NCBI RefSeq assembly: GCF_000011465.1
Contig: NC_005072.1
Location: 1,530,001-1,562,000, forward strand
Reading direction: 5' to 3'
Length of the DNA stretch: 32,000 nucleotides
Source: Prochlorococcus marinus subsp. pastoris str. CCMP1986
GTDB taxonomy: Bacteria; Cyanobacteriota; Cyanobacteriia; PCC-6307; Cyanobiaceae
Shown: piece after piece, positions 20,453 to 30,526 of the stretch
How positions within the stretch are numbered: the stretch's first letter is position 1
Layout: each line of letters begins with the position of its first letter
The notes under the pieces: model-generated
Database searches by the model: none
Seen by the model: only the letters and a program-made list of their open reading frames with translations
What the model was told of the DNA's origin: nothing
Program-made: the position numbers and the translations under genes

Positions 20453-21202
20453 TTAAATTTCAACTTTTAAGATTTGTACCCAATCAATTGCTTGAGGTTT
20501 TCCTAAAAGCAAAATATTCGCTGTTTTTTTTGCTTTGAATTCTTCATCAACAGATTGAATAATACCTATGGGAATATTGGGAGGTAACAAAGTGCTTGCT
20601 GGGGAAGATAAGACAAAATCTCCCACTTTTATATCGATATCCTTATTAAAAAAAATCACTTTTGGATAATCATTTCCAGAACCGACTAATAATCCATGCA
20701 TCTGAATCCTTTCAACCCATACTCCCACTTTACTTTCAGGAGAAGTTAATAATCTTACTGTCGAAGTAAATAAAGAAGTATTCTCTACTCTTCCTAATAA
20801 GCCTCCTGGACCAACAACAAAACTCCCAATTTCTACTCCGTCTTTTGCACCTTTATTTAAGATAATTTGCCTCCAAAAACTGCCGGTTTTTCTTGAAATA
20901 ACACTCGCTGAAATACTTTCAGAATCAGACAATCTTTGTAGAGATAAAATTTCGCGTAATCTTTTATTATCTTTCTCCAACTGTTTTAATCTGATCAAAA
21001 ACTCTTGTTCAACACTTTTAGTTAAAACTTCCCTTTGATATTGTCCTGGCCAAAAAGGTTTTGAAATTAAATAATAAAAATCTTTATATAAAGATCCTTT
21101 TGATATTCTCACAAAAAACAAGAACGATAAAAATATAAATAAACCCCAATTTTTCTTTTTATTCCACCAACGATTAGTTGATATTCGTCGAATATCTAAC
21201 AT
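20453..21202 (-). CDS. mreC: Rod shape-determining protein MreC
   Basis: 249 aa with an N-terminal TM segment, a coiled-coil (LIRLKQLEKDNKRLREILSL) and beta-barrel domains (GAKDGVEIGSFVVGPGGLLGRV...). It begins 4 nt after the mreB stop. Confidence 0.85.
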   Translation of the reverse strand: MLDIRRISTNRWWNKKKNWGLFIFLSFLFFVRISKGSLYKDFYYLISKPFWPGQYQREVLTKSVEQEFLIRLKQLEKDNKRLREILSLQRLSDSESISASVISRKTGSFWRQIILNKGAKDGVEIGSFVVGPGGLLGRVENTSLFTSTVRLLTSPESKVGVWVERIQMHGLLVGSGNDYPKVIFFNKDIDIKVGDFVLSSPASTLLPPNIPIGIIQSVDEEFKAKKTANILLLGKPQAIDWVQILKVEI

Positions 21203-21206
21203 TCAA

Positions 21207-22259
21207 CTAATCTCTAATCGCATTCCTTATAAAATCAGGTGTATCAACAACTCTCTTGAGTTTTTTGAAATCGTCCAATACCACTCCACAACCGTTAACT
21301 ACGCATAGTAATGGATTCTCTGCAATATGCGTAAAAATTCCAGTTTCATGGCTAAGCAAATCACTAATCCCTCTTACAAGAGCTCCACCTCCAGCGAGCA
21401 TAATTCCTCTATCAACTATATCTGCCGCTAATTCAGGAGGAGTTCGCTCCAAAGTTCTTTTTACAGCTTCAACAATTTTGGAAAGAGGATCAGCCATAGC
21501 CTCTCTAATTTCTCCAGAGGTTAAAGTAATAGATCTTGGCAAGCCAGATAAAAGGTGTAAACCTCTAACTTCTATAGAAGTATTATCAAATTCATCATCT
21601 GGAAATGCGGAGCCAATTTTGATTTTAATATCTTCTGCAGTTCTCTCACCGACAACTAGATTATGTACTTTTTTAAGATAAATTGCTATCGATTCATTAA
21701 GTTCATCACCTGCTATTCTTACAGATTCGCTTAGGACCGTTCCGCCTAGACTTAAAACTGCTACTTCAGTAGTTCCACCCCCAATATCAACAATCATGGT
21801 TCCAATTGGTTCAGTTACTGGCAATGAAGCTCCTATAGCTGCAGCGACAGGTTCATCAATCAAATGAACCTCTCTAGCCCCAGCTAATCCAGCTTCTCTA
21901 ACAGCTCTTCGTTCAACACTAGTAACCCCACTCGGAATACCAATAACTATTCTTGGAGCTAAAATTCCCCTTCCTTCATTGCATTTTTGAATAAAAGTTT
22001 TTATCATTTGTTCTGCCGCATCAAAATCAGCAATAACTCCATCTCTCAAAGGTCTCACAGCTCTTATATTTCCTGGGGTTCTTCCAAGCATTAATTTTGC
22101 TTCTTCACCTACGGCCAAAGGAACTCCCTCTTCAAGATCCATAGCTACTACTGAGGGTTCTTGTAGAACCACACCTTTACCTGATACATGAATAAGAGTA
22201 TTAGCAGTACCCAAATCAATCCCTATATCCCTAGAAAATTTAAATCTGTTAAAAATCAC
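21207..22259 (-). CDS. mreB: Rod shape-determining actin-like protein MreB
   Basis: Motifs are [39 protein letters not shown] and [13 protein letters not shown]. The track start (22280) is a TTG. A GTG at 22259 gives (M)[16 protein letters not shown], which is closer to the normal MreB N-terminus. The start is uncertain by 7 codons. Confidence 0.93.
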   Translation of the reverse strand: MIFNRFKFSRDIGIDLGTANTLIHVSGKGVVLQEPSVVAMDLEEGVPLAVGEEAKLMLGRTPGNIRAVRPLRDGVIADFDAAEQMIKTFIQKCNEGRGILAPRIVIGIPSGVTSVERRAVREAGLAGAREVHLIDEPVAAAIGASLPVTEPIGTMIVDIGGGTTEVAVLSLGGTVLSESVRIAGDELNESIAIYLKKVHNLVVGERTAEDIKIKIGSAFPDDEFDNTSIEVRGLHLLSGLPRSITLTSGEIREAMADPLSKIVEAVKRTLERTPPELAADIVDRGIMLAGGGALVRGISDLLSHETGIFTHIAENPLLCVVNGCGVVLDDFKKLKRVVDTPDFIRNAIRD

Positions 22260-22391
22260 AATAAGAAATCTATTAAACAAATAATATATCTATTTTCTCA
22301 ATACCTCAAAAAAAACTTTTATTTAGTTATGAATAGCTTGCAAAACTTAAGCAAAAGCAAAAAAGATGAGTAATATAAAAAAAAATAGCTT

Positions 22392-22763
22392 ATGGAAATT
22401 AACACTATTAATTTGGTTGGTAGAGCTGGAAGAGAGCCTGATGTGAGATATTTCGAATCTGGAAGTACAGTTGCCAACTTCACTCTTGCAGTAAACAGAA
22501 TAAGTAGAGGTGATGAACCTGACTGGTTTAATCTAGAAATATGGGGCAAACAAGCACAAATAGCTGCTGACTATGTCAAAAAAGGTTCTTTAATTGGTAT
22601 TACAGGAAGTTTTAAAATTGATAGTTGGAAAGACAAGAATACAGGAGAAGATAGATTTAAACCAGTTGTTAGAGTTGATAGATTAAATTTATTGAGCTCT
22701 AAGAAAGAAACAGATAATAGCAATTTTTCAAATAATAATAACTCTGGAGATATTCCTTTTTAA
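22392..22763 (+). CDS. ssb: Single-stranded DNA-binding protein
   Basis: 123 aa with an OB fold (INLVGRAGREPDVRYFESGSTVANFTLAVNR...WFNLEIWGKQAQIAADYVKKGSLIGITG) and the acidic C-terminal tip ...GDIPF. Confidence 0.9.
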   Translation: MEINTINLVGRAGREPDVRYFESGSTVANFTLAVNRISRGDEPDWFNLEIWGKQAQIAADYVKKGSLIGITGSFKIDSWKDKNTGEDRFKPVVRVDRLNLLSSKKETDNSNFSNNNNSGDIPF

Positions 22764-23419
22764 GTTATTTTTTTTTTATAAAGTCTTATAAAAAATTTTA
22801 TTAAAAAATAAACAAATATCAGAATTAATATGGGTTTGACAATAAATTTAATTTGATTCAAATATGTTTCAATAATTGGATAATTTTCGCCAAAGACAAA
22901 TCCTGCATAAGTTAATAATGTAACCCATATTAAACTTCCTAAACTAGTCCAAATTAAAAATTTCCGAAGTGGCATTAATTCCATTCCAGCGGGTACTGAA
23001 ATTAATGTTCTTATACCAGGTACTAATCTCCCCCAAAAAACTAACGAAACCCCATATTTATCAAACCATCTCCTGCTCTTAATAAGATCATTAGAAGTTA
23101 TTCCTATATATTTGCCCCTTTTATCTAAAAAGTTTGATAATCTTTTTTCATTTACTAATTTACCCAAATAATACCAAGGCATAGACCCTAGTATCGTTCC
23201 AAATACACCCCAAAAAACCAAAATATAGAAATTTAATTTTTGTTGGTAGACAAAAAATCCACCTAAAGGCATAATTATTTCCGATGGAATTGGAGGTATA
23301 ATATTCTCTAAAAACATCGCCAAACATATCGTGAGGTAGGCTATTGTTGAATTTGTTTCAACAGCCTTACTAATATATTCAGGAATGGAAGTGAGTAAAT
23401 TAATAAAAATTAAACTCAA
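22760..23419 (-). CDS. DedA/SNARE-associated family inner-membrane protein
   Basis: 219 aa, polytopic, with the DedA core (FLENIIPPIPSEIIMPLGG...KYGVSLVFWGRLVPGIRTLISVPAGM). It starts 2 nt after the ahcY stop. Its 3' end overlaps the ssb stop by 4 nt in a convergent arrangement. Confidence 0.8.
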   Translation of the reverse strand: MSLIFINLLTSIPEYISKAVETNSTIAYLTICLAMFLENIIPPIPSEIIMPLGGFFVYQQKLNFYILVFWGVFGTILGSMPWYYLGKLVNEKRLSNFLDKRGKYIGITSNDLIKSRRWFDKYGVSLVFWGRLVPGIRTLISVPAGMELMPLRKFLIWTSLGSLIWVTLLTYAGFVFGENYPIIETYLNQIKFIVKPILILIFVYFLIKFFIRLYKKKIT

Positions 23420-23421
23420 AT

Positions 23422-24840
23422 TTAATATCTATATTGCTCTGGTTTATAAGGTCCTTCAACAGAGACATTAATATAGTCTGCTTGATCTTTAGTTAGTTTT
23501 GTTAACTTAGCCCCAATTTTATCCAAATGTAACCTAGCAACCATTTCATCTAAATGTTTAGGTAAAACATAGACCTCTTTAGAGTATTCATCTGACTTAT
23601 TGAAAAGTTCAATTTGAGCTAATACTTGATTAGTAAAAGAATTACTCATAACAAAACTTGGATGACCTGTTGCACAGCCTAAGTTAACAAGTCTTCCCTC
23701 TGCTAAAAGAATAATTTTATTTCCACTTGGCAAAGTAATATGATCAACTTGAGGCTTAATATTTTCCCATGGGTAATCTTTCAACGAGGCAACATCAATC
23801 TCGTTATCAAAATGTCCAATATTACAGACTATCGCCTCATCCTTCATTTTAATAAGGTTATCGTTAGTTATAACTTGATAATTACCAGTAGCAGTAACAA
23901 ATATATCAATATCTTCAACAACATCATTTAATGTGACAACACTAAAACCCTCCATAGCTGCTTGAAGAGCGCATATAGGATCAACTTCAGCAACCTTGAC
24001 TATTGCTCCAAGTCCTCTTAATGATTGAGCAGACCCTTTACCAACATCTCCGAATCCCATTACTAACGCAACTTTTCCTGCAATCATTACATCAGTCGCA
24101 CGTTTGATACTGTCAACTAGAGATTCTCTACAACCATATAAATTATCAAATTTACTCTTAGTAACTGAATCGTTTACGTTGATAGCAGGAAATGGTAGTG
24201 CATTTTGTTTTTGCAATTGATAAAGTCTTGCAACTCCTGTTGTTGTTTCTTCAGTAACGCCGATAATATTTCCCTTAATACGAGAGTAGAAGCTACTATC
24301 TTCTTGCAATTTAGACCTAATTGAGTTGAATAATGCTATTTCCTCTTCATTACTAGGATTCTTTAGAACTGACAAATCCTTTTCTGCTTTACTACCAAGT
24401 ATTAATAAACCTGTTGCATCTCCACCATCATCAAGAATCATGTTTGGAGAATCTGTACCCCAATCTAAAATGTAATGAGTATATTGCCAATACTCATCAA
24501 GACTCTCACCTTTTTTTGCATAAACAGAAATTCCTTGTTCTGCAATAGCAGCAGCAGCATGATCTTGAGTTGAGAAAATATTGCATGAAGCCCATTTAAC
24601 TTGTGCACCAAGATCAACAAGAGTTTCAATCAAAACAGCAGTTTGAATAGTCATATGCAAACTACCAGCTATTTTTGCACCATTTAGAGGCTTATCCGAA
24701 TGATGCTTATCTCTAAGTGCCATTAATCCAGGCATTTCAGTTTCGGCAATTTTAATTTCTTTACGTCCGAAATCTGATAAAGAAATATCTTTAATTACGT
24801 AGTTTGGTATGGAGGTTTTAATCGAATTAGCAATAACCAT
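23422..24840 (-). CDS. ahcY: Adenosylhomocysteinase (S-adenosyl-L-homocysteine hydrolase)
   Basis: 472 aa with [31 protein letters not shown], the NAD-binding [18 protein letters not shown], and GHFDNEID ... [21 protein letters not shown]. Confidence 0.95.
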   Translation of the reverse strand: MVIANSIKTSIPNYVIKDISLSDFGRKEIKIAETEMPGLMALRDKHHSDKPLNGAKIAGSLHMTIQTAVLIETLVDLGAQVKWASCNIFSTQDHAAAAIAEQGISVYAKKGESLDEYWQYTHYILDWGTDSPNMILDDGGDATGLLILGSKAEKDLSVLKNPSNEEEIALFNSIRSKLQEDSSFYSRIKGNIIGVTEETTTGVARLYQLQKQNALPFPAINVNDSVTKSKFDNLYGCRESLVDSIKRATDVMIAGKVALVMGFGDVGKGSAQSLRGLGAIVKVAEVDPICALQAAMEGFSVVTLNDVVEDIDIFVTATGNYQVITNDNLIKMKDEAIVCNIGHFDNEIDVASLKDYPWENIKPQVDHITLPSGNKIILLAEGRLVNLGCATGHPSFVMSNSFTNQVLAQIELFNKSDEYSKEVYVLPKHLDEMVARLHLDKIGAKLTKLTKDQADYINVSVEGPYKPEQYRY

Positions 24841-25327
24841 TTCTAAAAATATCTTATACTTAGACTATAAGCGATTTTTATATAATTTAGTGTTTGTTGG
24901 GAATTTAAAAGAAACAATTCAATTAGGAAGTGATTTTGCTCGAAGATTAAATCCAAAATCGGTTATTTTACTACAAGGTCCCATTGGAGCTGGAAAAACT
25001 TCATTCGTCCAAGGAATTGCATTAGGCCTATCTATTTCAGAAGATATTACAAGTCCAACATTTGCCTTATCGCATCATTACAATTCTGGAACAATTCCAC
25101 TAATTCATATGGATTTATATCGGCTAGAAAATAGTTTGATGGCAAAAGAATTCTTTATTTCTGAGGAAGAAGAGGCTATACAAAATGAAGCTATAATGGT
25201 TATTGAATGGCCGGAATTAATAAAGCCATGTTTGAATAATTTCTGGAAAATAGAAATAAGTTACGCTACAAATTTTGGGAGAAATTATAAAATTTGGGAT
25301 CCAAAAAATTTATTAACCTTTGAATAG
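24809..25327 (+). CDS. tsaE: tRNA t6A37 biosynthesis ATPase TsaE (YjeE family)
   Basis: The P-loop [22 protein letters not shown] and HMDLYRL motifs are diagnostic. The ATG at 24809 would overlap the divergent ahcY start by 32 nt. An in-frame GTG at 24890 would give a 145-aa product, closer to the usual size. The 5' end is therefore uncertain. Confidence 0.75.
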   Translation: MEVLIELAITISKNILYLDYKRFLYNLVFVGNLKETIQLGSDFARRLNPKSVILLQGPIGAGKTSFVQGIALGLSISEDITSPTFALSHHYNSGTIPLIHMDLYRLENSLMAKEFFISEEEEAIQNEAIMVIEWPELIKPCLNNFWKIEISYATNFGRNYKIWDPKNLLTFE

Positions 25328-26283
25328 TCTGGTTGTTGTTCAATCGCACCTTCACCAAGACAGGTGAGTAACCCACAAATACTTGCGAATTTTACACAAT
25401 TTTGTATTTCTGATTCATTTGAAGGATAATCAAACGACAGTAATTGTGAAATTAATCCAGCTAAAAAAGCATCACCTGCTCCAGTAGTATCAATAATTTT
25501 TAGCGACTTAGAAACTTCAGTCGTTCCTTGTACTCCATTTATTAACCAACAAATAGGATTTGCTCCATCTGTAATTATTACATCAGGACGGTTTAACAAT
25601 CTTTCAGATATTTCCAAAGGATTTTTATTTTCAAAAAATAAAATTGCTTCCTCTTTGGCCAACTTTAAAATATGCGCCTTATTCAATAAATTCCTTATTA
25701 AATCAACTCTCTCCTTTTTATTAGTTTCTGATGAAGAAGTGGCAAAATCCCAAAAAACCTCTCTCCAGTTCAAGTCAATTATTATTTTTACATCAAATTT
25801 ATTAGCTAAACTCAATAAAAAGTTAATAGTATCTGCAGATATTGAAGACGATAATATAATTGTTCCACAAACTAAATATTTTGTTTTTGAAAAGAGGTTT
25901 TCCAAACTTTTCAAATCTTTTTTAATTTCATTCTTATCAAAAGCCTCATCAGCAAAAAATGTATTTAAGCTTGTATCAAAACCAGAAAAATATCGATCTC
26001 CGGAATTATCCCTATTTACCTTAACGATACGAGTGGGAAGACAATCATCCAATTGCAAAAAATTTATATTTACCTCCAATTCTTTAAATTGATTAATAAA
26101 TTTCTTACCAAATTCATCACTTCCTATACGTCCAATAAAGACTGAATCTATTTGTAATTTTCTCAATGCACAAGCTACATTTGCAGGAGCTCCTCCCAAA
26201 AAATCTGTAAATTCTTGATTTGATTTATTCTTGATTCTATCTATTAAAGCCTCCCCAATACAAATAACTTTTGTTTTTTTCAT
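25285..26283 (-). CDS. PfkB-family carbohydrate kinase (fructokinase-like)
   Basis: 332 aa with VICIGEALIDR, GGAPANVACAL and the ATP/anion-hole motif DTTGAGDAFLAGL. Its 3' end overlaps the tsaE 3' end by 43 nt in a convergent arrangement. Confidence 0.85.
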   Translation of the reverse strand: MKKTKVICIGEALIDRIKNKSNQEFTDFLGGAPANVACALRKLQIDSVFIGRIGSDEFGKKFINQFKELEVNINFLQLDDCLPTRIVKVNRDNSGDRYFSGFDTSLNTFFADEAFDKNEIKKDLKSLENLFSKTKYLVCGTIILSSSISADTINFLLSLANKFDVKIIIDLNWREVFWDFATSSSETNKKERVDLIRNLLNKAHILKLAKEEAILFFENKNPLEISERLLNRPDVIITDGANPICWLINGVQGTTEVSKSLKIIDTTGAGDAFLAGLISQLLSFDYPSNESEIQNCVKFASICGLLTCLGEGAIEQQPDYSKVNKFFGSQIL

Positions 26284-26372
26284 AGACTAAAAATTTTTTC
26301 TAAACTAAGAATAATTAATCGAAAACGATTTTTTTTTTTTTGAATTAAAGTTTAATTAATATTTTTCTTCTA

Positions 26373-27287
26373 ATGTCCTTTAAAAAATCCGAAAATTGGA
26401 AATGGAAAAATTGGGACATATCATGGTCTTCAACAAAACAATCCTCTAACAATAGTGATTTAAATATTTTATTAATTCATGGTTTTGGAGCATCAAAACG
26501 ACATTGGAGACATAATCAAGATTTTCTCGGAAATAATCATAATTGCTATTCAATTGACCTACTAGGCTTTGGAGAAAGTAGCCAACCTGGAGCTTCATTA
26601 GATTATGAGTCTTACAAAGATAATTATGTTAAATATTCCTTTGACTTATGGGGAAGTCAGGTAGCTACTTTTTGTAATGAGGTAATTAAATCTCCTGTTT
26701 ATCTAGTAGGCAACTCAATCGGTGGAGTTGTATCTTTAAAAGCTGCTGAAATTCTCAAAGAAAATTGTAATGGCCTTGTTTTAATTGACTGTGCCCAAAG
26801 AACAATGGATGATAAGAGACTTAAAAGAAGCGATGTATTAATGAACTTATTGCGTCCGGTAATAAAAACATTAGTAAGTAAAAGAATTATTAGTAACACC
26901 CTTTTTGAGAGAGCTGCCAATCCAGCAGTTATTAAACAAATCCTTAAAAAAGCATATCCCTCAGGAAAAAATATTGATGAAGAATTAATAGAAATTTTAT
27001 ATAATCCTTCTCAAAGAAAAAATTCAAAAGAGGCTTTTCGTGGTTTTATTAATTTATTCGATGACTATCTCGCTACAGACCTATTTTATAGGGTTAATTC
27101 TCCAATTCAGTTGATTTGGGGAGAAAAAGATCCTTGGGAATCTCTAAATGAAGCAAAATCTTGGAAGAAAAACTATAAAAATATAAAAAGACTAGATGTT
27201 ATTAAAGAGGCTGGACATTGTCCTCACGATGAAAATCCTGAGGAGACTAACAATTTAATTTGTCAATTTATTCAAGAGACGAAATAA
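26373..27287 (+). CDS. Alpha/beta-fold hydrolase
   Basis: 304 aa with the oxyanion HG (LLIHGFGAS), the nucleophile elbow GNSIGG, and the catalytic His context EAGHCPHDE. The substrate cannot be inferred. Confidence 0.85.
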   Translation: MSFKKSENWKWKNWDISWSSTKQSSNNSDLNILLIHGFGASKRHWRHNQDFLGNNHNCYSIDLLGFGESSQPGASLDYESYKDNYVKYSFDLWGSQVATFCNEVIKSPVYLVGNSIGGVVSLKAAEILKENCNGLVLIDCAQRTMDDKRLKRSDVLMNLLRPVIKTLVSKRIISNTLFERAANPAVIKQILKKAYPSGKNIDEELIEILYNPSQRKNSKEAFRGFINLFDDYLATDLFYRVNSPIQLIWGEKDPWESLNEAKSWKKNYKNIKRLDVIKEAGHCPHDENPEETNNLICQFIQETK

Positions 27288-28273
27288 GCTTCCACACTTT
27301 CGCTAAGTCTTCTTAAACCTCTTAGACCATCTCTTTCTAGATTTCTTACCCTATCTCTACTAATACCCAAGACACGTCCAATACCCGTTAGAGACATTGG
27401 CTCATCTCCATCCATTCCATATCTCATTCTTAAGACTCTACATTGCAAATCAGGTAACTGATGAAGTAGTGAATGTAAATCACCCCTCATACAGTCCATT
27501 TCGATTTGCTCATCAGGTAAATCTTCTCCTCCAGCTAATAAATCCAGTAAAACTGTATCTTCACCATCACCTACTTTTGTTTCTAGACTTACTGGCTGCC
27601 CAGCTTTGCACATTAAATCTTTAACATCATCTTCGGGCAACTCAACATATTTAGCTAGTTCACTTATTGTAGGTGTTCTTGACATTTCTTGACTCAACTC
27701 TCTTTGACCTTTTTTTAGCTTATTAAGCATCTCTGTTATGTGGATTGGCAATCTAATAGCTCTACTTTTTTCTGCAATTGCTCTTGTAATACCTTGTCTA
27801 ATCCACCAATACGCATATGTTGAAAACTTATATCCTCTAGCAGGATCAAATTTTTCTACACCTCTTACTAATCCAATTGTTCCCTCTTGAATTAAATCAA
27901 GAAGTTCCATATTTCTTTTTGTATATTTTTTTGCAACACTGACGACTAATCTTAAATTTGCAGCAACCATTCTTTCTTTTGCTCGCTGACCAGCTCTGAG
28001 TCTTTTTTTGATTTGTGAAGTAGATAAATTTAACTTTTCAGCTAATTCTTCAGGTGAAGGTTTATTATCTGTCAATTCCATTATTTCAATTTCAGCTCTC
28101 TCAACTTGCATATATTCTTGAACTTGCCTACCTAAAGTGATTTCTTGTTCGTGTGATAGTAATGGAACTCGTCCAATATCCCTCAAATAAGACCTAACCA
28201 AATCTACATCATTACTGGATTTTAAAGATGAAATAGTAGCTAATTTATTCTCAACTAATGTTTCGGGTGACAT
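27272..28273 (-). CDS. RNA polymerase sigma-70 family factor (group-2-like RpoD/SigA paralogue)
   Basis: Region 2 is LIQEGTIGLVRGVEKFDPARGYKFSTYAYWWIRQGITRAI, region 3 is IRLPIHITEMLNKLKK, and region 4 is MSLTGIGRVLGISRDRVRNLERDGLRGLR. The track start at 28339 adds a hydrophobic 22-aa extension (MWVFLFNFTFLNG...). The ATG at 28273 (MSPETLVENK...) is more plausible. There is no long region 1.1, which argues against the primary sigma factor. Confidence 0.9.
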   Translation of the reverse strand: MSPETLVENKLATISSLKSSNDVDLVRSYLRDIGRVPLLSHEQEITLGRQVQEYMQVERAEIEIMELTDNKPSPEELAEKLNLSTSQIKKRLRAGQRAKERMVAANLRLVVSVAKKYTKRNMELLDLIQEGTIGLVRGVEKFDPARGYKFSTYAYWWIRQGITRAIAEKSRAIRLPIHITEMLNKLKKGQRELSQEMSRTPTISELAKYVELPEDDVKDLMCKAGQPVSLETKVGDGEDTVLLDLLAGGEDLPDEQIEMDCMRGDLHSLLHQLPDLQCRVLRMRYGMDGDEPMSLTGIGRVLGISRDRVRNLERDGLRGLRRLSESVEAYFVS

Positions 28274-28373
28274 AAAAGTTAATGTTGTTTTGTAAACAAT
28301 ACCATTAAGAAATGTAAAGTTAAACAAAAAAACCCACAATTCTACAAAAATGAGAATAAATACCTAGTAATTC

Positions 28374-29783
28374 TTACAAAATTGAAGAATTAAGTAGCCA
28401 ATTTGCAGTACTAAGATAAATAAATACCCCAGCAATATCTGTCACAGTAGTTATGAAGGGGGAAGACATCAAAGCAGGGTCTAAACCCATCCTTTCGAAT
28501 AGTAAGGGAAGAATAGCTCCGGCGGTTGCAGCTAACGTTGTTATCGAAATCAAGCTAATTCCAACTGCGGATGCGATTAATGGTCCCTCCCCTTGCCACC
28601 AAGCAAAGGGGAAAACCACTAGCATCATTAAAATCCCTAATAAAGCACCAGTTATTGCCTCTTTAACCACTACCTTAAATGCACCCATTGATTTTAATTT
28701 TTGAGTACTTAAACCCCTTATAACAACTGTTGAGCTTTGGGCTCCAACATTTCCTCCGGTACCGATAAGCAATGGGATAAAAGCAGCTAGTAAAACTATT
28801 TCTTTCAAAATCTGATCATTCATTGCAATAACTTTTGTAGTTAAACCATTAGCTAGAACTAAAATTAATAGCCATAAAATTCTCCTTCGAGCAATTGTAA
28901 ATAAACCACTTTGAAAATAATCATCCTCATCACCAAGCTGAACAGCGCCTGCAGCATAAATATCTCGAGTAGCTTCTTGCTCAATAACATCAATCAAATC
29001 ATCAACCGTAACAATTCCAACTAATCTTTTTTCTTTATCTACAACTGGGAGAGCTAAAAAATCATATCTTTGAATTGCTCTAGCTACATCCTCTTGATTA
29101 GTATTAGTGGAAATATTAACGACATCCTTTGTCATAACCTCACCAATAGGCCTAGTAGGATCTGCCGTAACAAGATCTCTTAAAGATAAAATTCCAGTTA
29201 GATGCCTTTCTTTATCCGTGACATATAGACTATATATTGTCTCTGTAAATGCAGCCCTTTTTCTTACTATCGACAATGCTTCCTCAGCAGTTTGCATTTC
29301 TTTTAAATCTATGAATTCAGTAGTCATTAATCTGCCAGCAGTTTCTGGCTCATATCCTAATAATTCTGCCGTTACTTTTCTCTCACCAGGACTTAGTGCT
29401 GACAGAAATTTTCTTACAACTTTTGCAGGTAATTCATCAAAAAGTTGAACCCTATCATCAGGAGACATTTTTTCAACTATTTCTAAAACCTCCCCGGAAC
29501 GAAGTCTATCTAGTAATGTTTGCTGCACTATTGGATCTAAATACTCATAAACCTCAATTGCCTCATTTTTTTTTAATAACCTAAATGCAAGAGCTTGGAG
29601 TATTAAAGGAAGACTACCAATGGCATCAGCGATATCAACGGGCTGGGAAGGTTCAAGTAATAATTTTGCTTCATCATAATTTCCTGCAATAAGTAATTCC
29701 TCAAGCTGGATTGTGATCTTTCCACGATTAGATAAATCCGAAGATAAAGAAGTACTTACCTCTATATTATTATTTTCTTCCAT
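28374..29783 (-). CDS. mgtE: Magnesium transporter MgtE
   Basis: 469 aa with an N-domain, tandem CBS domains (LTGILSLRDL..., LVGIVTVDDLIDVI) and a C-terminal 5-TM channel (GTGGNVGAQSST..., PFITTVTDIAGV). Confidence 0.9.
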   Translation of the reverse strand: MEENNNIEVSTSLSSDLSNRGKITIQLEELLIAGNYDEAKLLLEPSQPVDIADAIGSLPLILQALAFRLLKKNEAIEVYEYLDPIVQQTLLDRLRSGEVLEIVEKMSPDDRVQLFDELPAKVVRKFLSALSPGERKVTAELLGYEPETAGRLMTTEFIDLKEMQTAEEALSIVRKRAAFTETIYSLYVTDKERHLTGILSLRDLVTADPTRPIGEVMTKDVVNISTNTNQEDVARAIQRYDFLALPVVDKEKRLVGIVTVDDLIDVIEQEATRDIYAAGAVQLGDEDDYFQSGLFTIARRRILWLLILVLANGLTTKVIAMNDQILKEIVLLAAFIPLLIGTGGNVGAQSSTVVIRGLSTQKLKSMGAFKVVVKEAITGALLGILMMLVVFPFAWWQGEGPLIASAVGISLISITTLAATAGAILPLLFERMGLDPALMSSPFITTVTDIAGVFIYLSTANWLLNSSIL

Positions 29784-29825
29784 GATATTTCCCTTTATCG
29801 AAGTAACATTAATATTATATAAAAA

Positions 29826-30191
29826 TTAAGTAATTTTTCTACTTAACTGAAAACCAATATACATTATTATTAAATTTAAAATAACAATTACATTCAAATA
29901 AATAAATAACTTTAGATAGTAACCTTGGATAATAAATTGATATAAAAAGTGAACAAAACCGCTAAAAGATGTAAAGCAAGCAAAGAAACCACTAAATAAA
30001 ATTTCTTTTTTTGACTTACTAATTTTCCTTGAAATAAAAAAGCCATATAAAAAAGAACCTATAATAGAAATAACAAAATTATTTTTAAAATAAAATCTTA
30101 GGAATGTAGCGCAATAGGCAGTTAATAAAAAAGTTAATAAATATTTTTTATTCAATTTATAAAGGTTAAAGTAATAAAATATCCTAAACAA
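29826..30191 (-). CDS. crcB: Fluoride channel CrcB/Fluc homologue (second of a tandem pair)
   Basis: A 110-121-aa four-TM protein with a degenerate CrcB motif (GFFACFTSFSGF). The ATG at 30191 overlaps the upstream crcB by 40 nt. An in-frame TTG at 30155..30153 overlaps the upstream TGA as TTGA and would give 110 aa. The start is uncertain. Confidence 0.7.
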   Translation of the reverse strand: MFRIFYYFNLYKLNKKYLLTFLLTAYCATFLRFYFKNNFVISIIGSFLYGFFISRKISKSKKEILFSGFFACFTSFSGFVHFLYQFIIQGYYLKLFIYLNVIVILNLIIMYIGFQLSRKIT

Positions 30192-30523
30192 AAAAATAAA
30201 AAAGATAATAATATAACTTCAGCATAATAAATCAATAGGATTAAATATTTTTTTTCTCGAATCAAATTAAATAACTGATATATGAAAGATGAAAATGTAC
30301 TGAAACATCCTAAAAAACCAACAAAAATAAATAGTATTAAATTCTTATTTGTTATATTCAAACCTTCGAAAATACCTAAAAATAAAGAGGCTAAAACATT
30401 TACTATTAAAATATTATTAGAATAAAATATTTTCTTTTTTCCAGAAATATATTTTATAAACATTCTTACAATCAACCCGAAGGTACTTCCTACTAAAATA
30501 TAAATAAAACCATCTAGTTCCAA
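30152..30523 (-). CDS. crcB: Fluoride channel CrcB/Fluc homologue (first of a tandem pair)
   Basis: 123-aa four-TM protein with the CrcB signature GFLGCFSTFSSF and an N-terminal GSTFGLIVR resembling the GxxGAxxR motif. Confidence 0.8.
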   Translation of the reverse strand: MELDGFIYILVGSTFGLIVRMFIKYISGKKKIFYSNNILIVNVLASLFLGIFEGLNITNKNLILFIFVGFLGCFSTFSSFIYQLFNLIREKKYLILLIYYAEVILLSFLFFCLGYFITLTFIN

Positions 30524-30526
30524 GAT

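Noticed and set aside
28340-28373. A short inverted repeat ATTCT-N9-AGAAT lies between the mgtE stop and the sigma-factor start and could be a terminator.
   Set aside because: The stem is 5 bp and entirely AT-rich, the loop is 9 nt, and no U-run follows on the transcribed strand. It cannot be told apart from chance in this composition.
29784-30526. I looked for a fluoride riboswitch upstream of crcB and an M-box upstream of mgtE.
   Set aside because: The available upstream spacers are 3 nt and 42 nt, too short for either aptamer, and no conserved motif is visible. Their absence is itself noted as a finding.
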